NCBI GenBank assembly: GCA_963851045.1
Contig: CAWKNC010000001.1
Span: 55,537 to 119,536, forward strand
Origin: an uncultured Solirubrobacterales bacterium
Lineage (GTDB): Bacteria > Actinomycetota > Thermoleophilia > Solirubrobacterales > 70-9
Length of the DNA: 64,000 nucleotides
Direction of reading: 5' to 3'
The notes under the pieces were generated by a model, which saw only the letters and a program-made list of their open reading frames with translations, did no database searches and had not been told where the DNA came from. Shown one piece after another: positions 25,607-36,385 of the stretch. Position 1 is the first letter of the stretch. The number at the start of each line of letters is the position of its first letter. The position numbers and the translations under genes are program-made.

Positions 25607-26769
25607 GTGTCTCGCCGGCATGCCAACCGCGTCTCGCTCTCCGCCTCCGAGGCCCGCCGCGTGGCCCTGGGCGCCCAGGGATTTTCCGATCCGCGGCCTT
25701 CTGCGCAGCCGACCGGCTGGGACCTGCGGCGCGTGATCGGCCGCGTTGGGCTGATCCAGATCGACTCGGTCAATGTCTTGGAGCGCGCGCACTATCTACC
25801 CGCGTTCAGTCGCCTGGGTCCGTACGACCGCGACGGGCTCGACCGTCTCGCATACCGCGCTCCCCGACGCCTGTTCGAGTACTGGGGGCATGAGGCCTCG
25901 CTGATCCCGGTTGAGGCTCAGCCATTGCTTCGATGGCGCATGGCGCAGGCGCACACCGACGCCTGGGGTGGAATGCGACGCGTGGCCGAGGAGCAGCCGG
26001 AGCTGGTCGCGAGCGTGCTCGAGGAAGTTCACGATCGCGGCCCCATCGCCGCCTCGGAGCTCTCGCACGAGCGCCCGCGGCGCAGCGGGCCCTGGTGGGA
26101 TTGGTCAGATGGCAAGCGCGCGCTCGAGTTCCTCTTTTGGAGCGGCCGCATCAGCTCGGCGAGGCGCCGGCGCTTCGAGCGGCTCTACGACCTCACCGAG
26201 CGCGTGTTGCCGGCGAAGATCCTCAACGCCGCGACGCCCGCGCCCGACGATGCACAGCGCGAGCTGCTTCGCATCGCGGCGCGTTCACTGGGGGTCGCCG
26301 CGGAGGCCGACCTGCGCGAGTACTTCCGCCTCACGGCCGCCGAGGCCAAGCCGCGCTTAGCCGAGCTCGTCGAGGCGGGGGACCTGCTCCCGGTCGAGGT
26401 TGAGGGTTGGGGCCGCACGCCGGATACCTCGACCCTCGCGCCCGGATCCCGAGGCGGATCGACGCGCGCGCCCTCCTTGGCCCGTTCGACTCGTTGCTGT
26501 GGGCTCGCCCACGGGTGCAGCGCATCTTCGGGTTTCAATTCCGGCTTGAGATCTACGTCCCCGCCCCGAAGCGCGTGCACGGCTACTACGTACTGCCGTT
26601 TCTCTTAGGCGACCAGCTCGTCGCCCGCGTCGATCTCAAGTCCGACCGAGCCGCCGGCCGGCTGCTCGTGCGCGCGACGCACCTGGAGCCAAGCGCACCA
26701 CCGGAGACGGCGGAAGCGCTGGAGGCAGAGCTGACGTCGCTCGCGGGCTGGCTGGGACTCGAGCGCTAG
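25607..26769 (+). pseudogene. YcaQ-like winged-helix DNA glycosylase family protein with one frame break
   Basis: ORF 25607..26608 matches the family up to ..[10 protein letters not shown]. The conserved continuation YLDPRA...[14 protein letters not shown]...[26 protein letters not shown] is in ORF 26407..26769. One nt is missing at 26423-26424, and the span is 3n+2. Confidence 0.75.
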
Positions 26770-27557
26770 CCGGGCAGGTCCAGCGAGGCGACGAGCTTTC
26801 GCATCCCCCTGATCCAGCGCTCCGGGTCGGCGCCCTTGAGAGCGATGTGCTGGGACACCTCCGGGTGCGGGAGGATGAGGAAGCGCTCCTCGCGTATCGC
26901 CTCGAGCGCGACCTCGGCAACCTCGTCGGGCTCGAGGATGCCGCCCGCCTCCAGCAGCGCGGCCCCCACCGGTTCCTCTTTGGCCAGCTCGAGCATCGCG
27001 GTCTGAACCGCCTGCGGGCACATGCACGAAACCTTGATCCCGCGATCTCCATAAGCGATCGCAAGCCACTCGGCGAGCGAGACGGCACCGTGCTTGGTGA
27101 CCGAATAGGCAAGCGCCGACACCTGAGTGGTCAGCCCGGCGGCTGAGGCGGTATTGACGAGGTAGCCCGAGCCGCGCTCGAGCATCTGCGGAAGCAGTGC
27201 CTGCGCTGCCCAGACGTGCGACATGACGTTGATGTCCCAGGTCGCTTTCCACTCGGCTTCAACGGCGCCCTCGGGCCCGCCCGAGGGCCCGGGAACGCCG
27301 GCGTTCGACCAGAACAGGTCGATCGGGCCGTTCTCGGCGACCGCGTCCGCCACCAGGCCCTGCACGCTTTCGCCGCTGGCGGCGTCGAACTGGCGCGCGT
27401 GGCCTCCGATCTCCTCCGCCACGGCCTCGGCGCCGCCCAGGTCGCGATCGGCCACAACCACCGTGCCGGCTCCCTCGGCCGCGAATCGCCGCGCGAGGGC
27501 CGCACCGATACCACCGGCCGCACCGGTGATCACCACGTGTGCGCCTGTGACCTCCAT
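26766..27557 (-). CDS. short-chain dehydrogenase/reductase
   Basis: [14 protein letters not shown] cofactor motif and YSVTKHG catalytic motif. The ATG at 27557 overlaps the ohr stop (TGATG). Confidence 0.85.
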   Translation of the reverse strand: MEVTGAHVVITGAAGGIGAALARRFAAEGAGTVVVADRDLGGAEAVAEEIGGHARQFDAASGESVQGLVADAVAENGPIDLFWSNAGVPGPSGGPEGAVEAEWKATWDINVMSHVWAAQALLPQMLERGSGYLVNTASAAGLTTQVSALAYSVTKHGAVSLAEWLAIAYGDRGIKVSCMCPQAVQTAMLELAKEEPVGAALLEAGGILEPDEVAEVALEAIREERFLILPHPEVSQHIALKGADPERWIRGMRKLVASLDLPG

Positions 27558-28003
27558 CAGCCGACGGGCTGGCCGTTGGCCGTCAGCTTCACATCGATGT
27601 TGCCGCGCGTCGCATTCGAGTACGGACACACCCTGTGCGCTGCGGCGACGAGGTCTGCCGCGGCCTGCTGGTCGGTGATCGACGGCAGGCGGACATCGAG
27701 CTCGACCGCGAGTTTGAAGGCCCGATCCTCAGTGGGCAGCAGCATCACCTTCGAGTCGATCGAGACGTCATCGCTTTCGAGCTCGAGCTTGCGGCGACGC
27801 ACAACCGAGCCGATCGCGCTTTCGAAGCACGACGCGTAGCCGACCGCGAACAGCTGCTCGGGGTTCGTGCCGCCGCCGGGGCCGCCAAGTACCGAGGGGA
27901 TCCGGATGTCGACCTCGAGCTCGCCATCGCTGGTCTTGCCGTGGCCCTCGATCCGCCCGCCGGTCACGGTCGCCTCAGCTGTGTACAGAACCTTGTCGCT
28001 CAT
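27557..28003 (-). CDS. ohr: Ohr/OsmC-family organic hydroperoxide reductase
   Basis: 148 aa with ..GYASCFESA.. and ..HRVCPYSNATRGNI.. (the two catalytic Cys contexts). Confidence 0.85.
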   Translation of the reverse strand: MSDKVLYTAEATVTGGRIEGHGKTSDGELEVDIRIPSVLGGPGGGTNPEQLFAVGYASCFESAIGSVVRRRKLELESDDVSIDSKVMLLPTEDRAFKLAVELDVRLPSITDQQAAADLVAAAHRVCPYSNATRGNIDVKLTANGQPVG

Positions 28004-28068
28004 CCATTCCCTTCCTTGCGGTCTCTCGCCGACACCGAACCTATCTGTCTGCTTAGCCCCACCACGAT

Positions 28069-28500
28069 GTGGGAAGGTGCCTGAGCGTGGAGGAAGAGCG
28101 ACCCCTAACCACCGCTGCTGAGCGCAGCCCGTTGGCGGAGACGACCGACGCCACGTCCGAGCGCGTCGATCGACGCTCGTCGATCGAGGCGGCGCTGATC
28201 GTGACGGTGCTGATCGGGGTCTGGCTGATCGTCTCCGCCTTTGCCCTTGCCTACGACAAGCCGGCGGTACCGGTCATCTGGGGGATCGTCGTGATCCTCC
28301 TCGCGGTTCTTCGACTCGTCGGCGCCATGGCATCGAGGACCCTTGGCGCGGTGACCGCGCTGACGGGAGCGTTGATCATCGTCAGTGCCTTTTTGATCGA
28401 CGACCCGCCCGGCCCCACCGCGAACATGGCGCTGCTTGGGCTCGCCGTGATCATCGTCTCGGTCATCGGCAGCGCTGGTCCAGCGCGCCCCCGCAACTAG
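28069..28500 (+). CDS. membrane protein with two internal repeats (reminiscent of the SPW-repeat family, tentative)
   Basis: Four TM helices. The segment WLIVSAFALAY recurs as ALIIVSAFLID. Start uncertain. Confidence 0.5.
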   Translation: MGRCLSVEEERPLTTAAERSPLAETTDATSERVDRRSSIEAALIVTVLIGVWLIVSAFALAYDKPAVPVIWGIVVILLAVLRLVGAMASRTLGAVTALTGALIIVSAFLIDDPPGPTANMALLGLAVIIVSVIGSAGPARPRN

Positions 28501-28579
28501 CGCAGCGGGCCGCCTGGAGGGCGGCGCTACCATTACTTCAGAAAGTAAAGCGCCCCCGGGCCAGCCAAAGGACGACCGC

Positions 28580-30865
<2,286 letters not shown>

Positions 30866-30900
30866 GGTTGTTCGACGCGCGAAGCGTTGACGCCCTCGGA

Positions 30901-31398
30901 CTACTCCTCGAAGTTGAGCGAGAGGTCCTCGACGTTGGCCGACCTGCTGCAGGCGACCTCGGTCGGACTGTCGCTCGACGTCAGCTCGGCGATGCGGATG
31001 CTCTTCCCCCTCAGCGGTGAACCGCGTCGCTTGCCGCTGCTCTGCGCGTAGATGTCGTCGTTCGAATCGGTCTTGACGTTGTCTCGCCAGATCACGTAGT
31101 CAGCGGCGTCGACGACCGAGCACGGCTTGCGATTGCCGGTGAGCTCGTATGACGTGTTCGGCTCGAGCGAATGCAGCGAGATCAGCACGCCGATGATCCC
31201 CCTCGGCCTCGCCTTGGCGACGACGATGCCCTCGACCGCGTCGTCGAACCTCGCGACCACGTACTTGCCCTTTGACGCCTTGGCGGATGCGCGAGATGCG
31301 TCGTCCGCCTTCGACGATGCCTGCGAGAAGTTGGCGACCGATACGACCAAGACGCCGATCGCGATGGCGCCCAGCACGGCGCCGAGTCGTGCGTTCAT
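30901..31398 (-). CDS. secreted or membrane-anchored hypothetical protein
   Basis: ATG at 31398 follows an AGGAAGG RBS. N-terminal signal/anchor (LGAVLGAIAIGVLVVSVA) and two Cys in the mature part. The longer ORF to 31794 was rejected. Confidence 0.55.
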   Translation of the reverse strand: MNARLGAVLGAIAIGVLVVSVANFSQASSKADDASRASAKASKGKYVVARFDDAVEGIVVAKARPRGIIGVLISLHSLEPNTSYELTGNRKPCSVVDAADYVIWRDNVKTDSNDDIYAQSSGKRRGSPLRGKSIRIAELTSSDSPTEVACSRSANVEDLSLNFEE

Positions 31399-31504
31399 GT
31401 CTGCCTTCCTGGTGGTTGAACAACGCCCCCAGCCCCCGCAACCCCAGCCTATAACGACGAACTCTCCAGTCAAGACCTTGACGCTCGACTTAGACTGCGG
31501 GCGA

Positions 31505-32810
31505 GTGAGCAAATCGGCGAGAGCGATCCTTCTCGTCGCGGGGGCGTTCACGGCTCTCGCGACGTCACCCGCGGCACACGCCGCGCCGGCGGTCGCGGGG
31601 GAGTTTGCGCTGCCAGCGGGCATCACGGTCGGCTCCAACAACGAGCTCGTGGCCGGGCCGGACGGCAACATCTGGATCGCCACCGAGCAGACGAACAAGA
31701 TCGTGCGGATGACACCCGCCGGGGTGCCGACCGAGTTGACACCGCCCGGAATGACGAAGGCGATCACCGGAATCACCGTTGGCCCCGACGGCAAGCTCTA
31801 CGGAGCCCAGGGCGACGGGTTCATCGTCATCGACCCGGCGAATCCGCTCGGCGCGAGTCAGCAGAGCATCGGCGGGCTCCTCGGCGCACAGGGGATCACG
31901 GCGGGCGCGGACGGCAACGTCTGGATGGCGGGGAGCAATGGAATCGTGAAGATCCCGCCCGCGAACCCGGCGGGCTTCACCAACAACGCCGTCGTGCTCA
32001 ACGGCCCGAAGGGAATGACGACGGGCAGCGACGAGCGGCTCTGGATCGCTGATGGACCGGACATCGTCAGCACGACGACCACGGCCCCAACCGTCCTCAA
32101 GAAGGACACGGTCGGCGGTGGCACCCAGGACGTCGCAGCGGGGCCAAGCACTCAGGTCGCGTACGCGAACCCGGTCAGTAGCCCGCAGACGGTGGGTCTG
32201 ATCGTCACGGGCGGGGCCCCCCAGCCGATCACGCTCGCCAACACCGACCCGTTCGGCGTCACCTTCGGCAACGACGGCGCCTACTGGGTGGCCCGGTCGC
32301 AAGGCCAACGATCTGCTGCGGCTGACGACAACCGGCGAGACCTCTTCGCTGGCGGGCTTTGCGGCAAGCGGCGGCGTGGGTCCGCGCAAGGTCACCACCG
32401 GGCCCGACGACACTCTCTGGGTCACGCTCGACACGCCGGAGAAGATCGGCAAGGTCACCGGCGTCACCGCGCCCGTGACCCCCACGCCCGACCCCGATCC
32501 CGACCCCGACCCGCCGATAGCCACCGCGCCGGAGACCAGCCTGGGCAAGGTGCCCAAGAAGAAGGTCAAGGCCAAGCGCTCCACGGGCAAGGCGAAGGTC
32601 AAGTTCAAGTTCAGCGCCACCGGAACGGCGCCGAGCTTTCAGTGCACGCTCAAGAAGAGGGGCAAGAAAGCAAAGGTGAGCGCCTGCACCTCGCCCACGA
32701 AGTACAAGCTCAAGCCGGGCAAGTACAAGTTCACCGTGGTTGCGAGCGCGGACGGGCTCGTCGACGAATCGCCGGCGAAGGCGAAGTTCAAGGTCGTCAA
32801 ACGTAAGTAA
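31505..32810 (+). pseudogene. secreted Vgb (streptogramin-lyase)-like beta-propeller repeat protein with a Lys-rich C-terminal domain, one frame break
   Basis: GTG at 31505 gives a signal peptide (ILLVAGAFTALATSPAAHA). Repeats of the GITxGPDGNxW type follow. The frame changes near 32295-32305, and the last blade (GPRKVTTGPDDTLWVT) and tail are in ORF 32376..32810. The span is 3n+1. Confidence 0.7.
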
Positions 32811-32981
32811 TACGAGCGGTCCGCGTCTGGTGCGGTTACGCACAAGATACCCCCGGGCCGCACCGAGACCCCTATCTCGTTATCCTGCCCTCCCCCTCCG
32901 TTGGACGTCGCGGACTCCCCGAGCCGCGTGACGGGCTGAAAATGGCGATCTGTAGGCGGCGCCGGACACGCCGCAAGCTGC

Positions 32982-33010
32982 TTGCAGCTGCAACTATTTT
33001 TCGCTATACT
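32982..33010 (+). promoter_or_regulatory. candidate sigma-70-type promoter of the sigma-factor gene
   Basis: TTGCAG (32982-32987), a 17-nt spacer, then TATACT (33005-33010), in an AT-richer patch about 65 nt upstream of ATG 33074. The same segment can also fold as a small hairpin followed by TATTTTT. Confidence 0.35.
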
Positions 33011-33073
33011 TTTTGAAGCCAGGGGTATAGGGGTAGTAACCGAATAAAGAGGCGACCTAGTAGAGGGGTGAAT

Positions 33074-34027
33074 ATGCCTCGCCAGAGAGGCGCTGCCGAG
33101 CAGCGCGACCAAGTACGCCGCCGACGCGGTGAGCACTTCAACAACGCTTCAAAGGGCGCCGGCGCGAGCCGTGCGCAGCAGAGAACAGATACGCATGCGG
33201 TCGCCGAAGCAACGACGGACAGTCTTCAGCTGTTCATCAACCAGGCGATGAAATACCCGCTTCTGACCGCGCAGGAGGAGGTCGAGCTCGCTCAGGCGAT
33301 CGAGCGCGGCGACCTTGCTGCCAAGGAGCGGCTGATCAACTCGAACCTGCGACTCGTGATCAAGTTCGCGCGTCGCTACCAGGGCTTCGGCCTGCCGCTC
33401 GCCGACCTCGTCCAGGAGGCGATGCTCGGACTCATCCGCGCTGCGGAGAAGTTCGACTGGCGGCGCGGCTACAAGTTCTCAACCTACGCGGTCCTCTGGA
33501 TCAAGCAGTCGATTCAGCGCGGCCTCGACAACACCGGGCGCGGCGTGCGGATCCCCGCACACATCGCCCAGCGCGAGCGCACGGTCAACCGCACGACCAC
33601 CCAGCTCGCGGTCGAGCTCAACCGCGACCCGACCGACAAGGAGGTCGCCAAGCGCGCCAAGCTCCCGCTCGACGAGGTCATGGCGGTTCGCGATCTGACC
33701 AGGATCACAACCAGCCTCGACACGCCGGTCGGCGATGGCGACACGACGCTCGGCGAGCTCCACGCAGAGAGCACGGCCGACCTCGAGGACGAGGTCATGG
33801 TCCGCGAGCAGGAGGAAGCGGTCGGGGCTGCCCTGGCCAAGCTTCCCGATGACGAGCGGATGATCATCATGGCCCGGTTCGGCACAGGTGGCCGGCCCGA
33901 GGTATCACTGCGCGACGCGGCCCGCGAGCTGGGTGTCACCCAGAAGGCCGCACGTGAACTCGAGGAGCGGGCGCTGGCGCGCCTCGCGACTGACGGTTCG
34001 CTCTCAGGCTGGCGCGCCGCCGCCTAG
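33074..34027 (+). CDS. sigma-70 family RNA polymerase sigma factor (regions 2, 3 and 4; no long region 1.1)
   Basis: DLVQEAMLGLIRAAEKFDWRRGYKFSTYAVLWIKQSI (region 2), IRIPAHI, and a region 4 HTH (SLRDAARELGVTQKAARELEERAL). ATG at 33074 lies about 6 nt after GAGGGG. Confidence 0.9.
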   Translation: MPRQRGAAEQRDQVRRRRGEHFNNASKGAGASRAQQRTDTHAVAEATTDSLQLFINQAMKYPLLTAQEEVELAQAIERGDLAAKERLINSNLRLVIKFARRYQGFGLPLADLVQEAMLGLIRAAEKFDWRRGYKFSTYAVLWIKQSIQRGLDNTGRGVRIPAHIAQRERTVNRTTTQLAVELNRDPTDKEVAKRAKLPLDEVMAVRDLTRITTSLDTPVGDGDTTLGELHAESTADLEDEVMVREQEEAVGAALAKLPDDERMIIMARFGTGGRPEVSLRDAARELGVTQKAARELEERALARLATDGSLSGWRAAA

Positions 34028-35167
34028 GCGCGTCACCTCGAGGTAGCTCTTAGCGGGATCGATCGGCAAGCCCTGGCTTGCGTCGATCCCGCCAAAGGGC
34101 GCTGCCGAAACCGCGACGAGGTTCACGAACAGCGGCCCTGACGGGGTGCTCCTTACCCGTACGACGCCAAATTTGTTCGAGGCAACCGGGCCCTCGGCCG
34201 GCAGGCAGTTGAAGCCGGTGTACTTCGAGAGGTTCCCTTTCCAGGTGACCACGCCAGCCGCTGCGCCGCCGGGCTCGGTCTGGCTGGGCGAGTCGCCGAT
34301 GAACAGCCTGGTGGAGATTCGCGCTGGTTTGGCGAGCCCCGACGCGTCGGTGACGAGCCGCGCCTTGATCAGCAGGCTCTCGCCCTCGGTGATCTGGGAG
34401 AGCTCCTGCGAGAGCACGACCGTCCGGGTCTTCGACACCGGGATCTCTGAGCACAAGCAGGACGTCTGGCGTTGTGGCGGCGGCTTTGCGGCGTTCTTTG
34501 GCCGATAGCGCACCGCTCTGATCCCGGCCATGTCCTGGACGACGACCGGCGTCTTCTCGTTTTGACCGACCAGCAGGACGTCGCCCTCGTTTGCCTTCGG
34601 ATGGCTCGCGGCGACGACGAGGTTGATGCGCGCCCCCGCCCCCCACGGGAGGCCGGCCGCGGGCACGGCGATAGCACCGTCGCCGAACGTGACAACGCCG
34701 TGATGGCGCTCATGGCTGATCGCCTGGCGCCACGGCGATGCGAGCGCAATCGCCTGCGGGCCCGCCTCGATGACGGTCGCGTCGGCCGCGAGGAGCAGCG
34801 TTGCCTCGACCTTCGGGGCGTAGTGGTAGGCGTTGCCGATCAGGCCCGGGTGGTTCGCGTCGGGCGCGTCGGTCGTGAGCTCGAGCTCGGCATAGGCCTC
34901 GAGGCGGTCGCCGGCTGCAATGTCTGGGAGTGGCAGGTCCGTGTCGGAGTCGGCGCCCAGCGAGAGCGCGACGCACGGAGCAACGCCAGGCGACGTGGTG
35001 ATCGGGATCGTCTCCACGAGCTCGGGCTTGTTCTCGGTCGAGCCGACCTCAATCGAGACTTTGCGCCCGTCGCGCCCCCCGCGTCCGTCGCGCCCCCCGC
35101 GCCCGTCGCGCCGTCGCGCCCTGCGCGCCCGCCGCCCTGTCCGCGCGGGCTCACTCCACTCCCCCAC
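34004..35167 (-). CDS. hypothetical protein with an Arg/Gly-rich RDGRGG-repeat N-terminus
   Basis: Long ORF with coding-like composition and no domain I recognise. GTG at 35167 is the proposed start. No signal peptide. The 3' end overlaps the sigma-gene 3' end by 24 nt on the opposite strand. Confidence 0.55.
   Translation of the reverse strand: MGEWSEPARTGRRARRARRRDGRGGRDGRGGRDGRKVSIEVGSTENKPELVETIPITTSPGVAPCVALSLGADSDTDLPLPDIAAGDRLEAYAELELTTDAPDANHPGLIGNAYHYAPKVEATLLLAADATVIEAGPQAIALASPWRQAISHERHHGVVTFGDGAIAVPAAGLPWGAGARINLVVAASHPKANEGDVLLVGQNEKTPVVVQDMAGIRAVRYRPKNAAKPPPQRQTSCLCSEIPVSKTRTVVLSQELSQITEGESLLIKARLVTDASGLAKPARISTRLFIGDSPSQTEPGGAAAGVVTWKGNLSKYTGFNCLPAEGPVASNKFGVVRVRSTPSGPLFVNLVAVSAAPFGGIDASQGLPIDPAKSYLEVTRLGGGAPA
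35063..35110. repeat. 18-bp tandem repeat (2.7 copies) encoding RDGRGG units
   Basis: On the coding strand: CGCGACGGGCGCGGGGGG / CGCGACGGACGCGGGGGG / CGCGACGGGCGC. Confidence 0.9.
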
Positions 35168-35954
35168 GCTCGCGAACGAGCAGGGTCTGAAGGGCGCGTC
35201 CGATCGGGCCACGCTCGTCATGCAGGACGCTGTCGGCGAGACCGACACCCTCTCGCTCCGGCAACGTCACGGCGTCAAGGCCAATCCACTCTCCCTCGGG
35301 CATCCGGTGCAGATGGACGCTCAGGTCGACGTTGATGAAGATGTAGCGCTCGAGATCGAGAGTGGCGCTCACGCCGTTGCCCGAGTCCGCGGCGATCATC
35401 ACTCGCTGCAGCGGGGTGGGCTCCTCGTCCGCGACCAGCGGGTGGCGCATTCGCATCCAGACCAGCGCCGGGCCAAGCTCGGTGAAGCCCCCGGCGATGA
35501 ACCGGTACTCCATCGCGGTGTGGTAGCCGACCTCCTGGCCGGTGTCAAAGAAATCCTTGGGCGTTCCGCGGTCAGGTGGCGGAAGCGCCTCGGGGGCGCC
35601 GCGAAGGCCCGCTGGGAGCGGCGTCGACCGCGTCGCGAGAATCCAGGCGTTCGCAGCGACGAGCGGCTCGCCGTCGGCCGTAGAGAGGGTGGCTGCGAGC
35701 AGCTGCACCGACCGTCCGGGGCGGCGCACCTCGACCTGGACCCGCAGCGGCGCGATCGGTACCGGCCGCAGGATCTCGTACGTGATCCTCCCCACCTGCC
35801 AGCCTGGCTGCGCAGCCTCCTCGACCGCCCGCGCGATCAGCGCTGCGGGAGGGCCGGCGTGCTGGGCAGCGGGATCCCAGGGCCCACGGGTCAGCTCCGA
35901 TGAAACGAAACGACCCCCTTCGAAGACATAAAAAGCAGAGGAAGACGAAGACAC
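35151..35954 (-). CDS. acyl-CoA thioesterase-like double hot-dog protein
   Basis: FYVFEGGRF..TRGPWDPAAQHAGPPAAL and a C-terminal half with LSVHLHR resemble TesB-like/4HBT_3 thioesterases. The start is GTG 35954 or 35963. Confidence 0.7.
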   Translation of the reverse strand: MSSSSSAFYVFEGGRFVSSELTRGPWDPAAQHAGPPAALIARAVEEAAQPGWQVGRITYEILRPVPIAPLRVQVEVRRPGRSVQLLAATLSTADGEPLVAANAWILATRSTPLPAGLRGAPEALPPPDRGTPKDFFDTGQEVGYHTAMEYRFIAGGFTELGPALVWMRMRHPLVADEEPTPLQRVMIAADSGNGVSATLDLERYIFINVDLSVHLHRMPEGEWIGLDAVTLPEREGVGLADSVLHDERGPIGRALQTLLVRERGGVE

Positions 35955-35980
35955 TCTGCGCACTAACCTAGGAGACGGAA

Positions 35981-36376
35981 ATGGAAAAGGTCGAGAAGAG
36001 CGAACAGGAGTGGAGGAGCGAGCTGTCTCCCGAGGAGTACTCGATCCTGCGCGAGAAGGGCACCGAGCGCGCATTCACCGGCGCCTACTGGGACACCAAG
36101 GGCGACGGCGTCTACCGCTGCAAGGGCTGCGGCGCTGAGCTGTTCTCGTCAGATGCGAAGTTCGACTCCGGCACGGGTTGGCCGAGCTTCTACGCGCCGG
36201 CCGACCAGGACAACGTCGAGACCGAGGACGACCGCAGCTTCTTCATGCGGCGCACCGAGGTCCACTGCAGCCGCTGCGGCGGCCACCTCGGACACATCTT
36301 CGAGGACGGTCCGGATCCGACCGGCCTGCGCTACTGCATCAACAGCTGCTCGCTGGACTTCGATCCGAACGCGTAA
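35981..36376 (+). CDS. msrB: peptide-methionine (R)-S-oxide reductase
   Basis: CKGCGAELF...[16 protein letters not shown]...RYCINS, 131 aa. Confidence 0.95.
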   Translation: MEKVEKSEQEWRSELSPEEYSILREKGTERAFTGAYWDTKGDGVYRCKGCGAELFSSDAKFDSGTGWPSFYAPADQDNVETEDDRSFFMRRTEVHCSRCGGHLGHIFEDGPDPTGLRYCINSCSLDFDPNA

Positions 36377-36385
36377 GGGCGGGCG

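Noticed and set aside
32975-33004. The hairpin AGCTG-CTTG-CAGCT followed by AACTATTTTT, read as an intrinsic terminator.
   Set aside because: The stem is only 5 bp and the T run is 5 nt away from it. The same bases form a good TTGCAG-N17-TATACT promoter. It is kept only as an alternative reading inside the intergenic-RNA finding.
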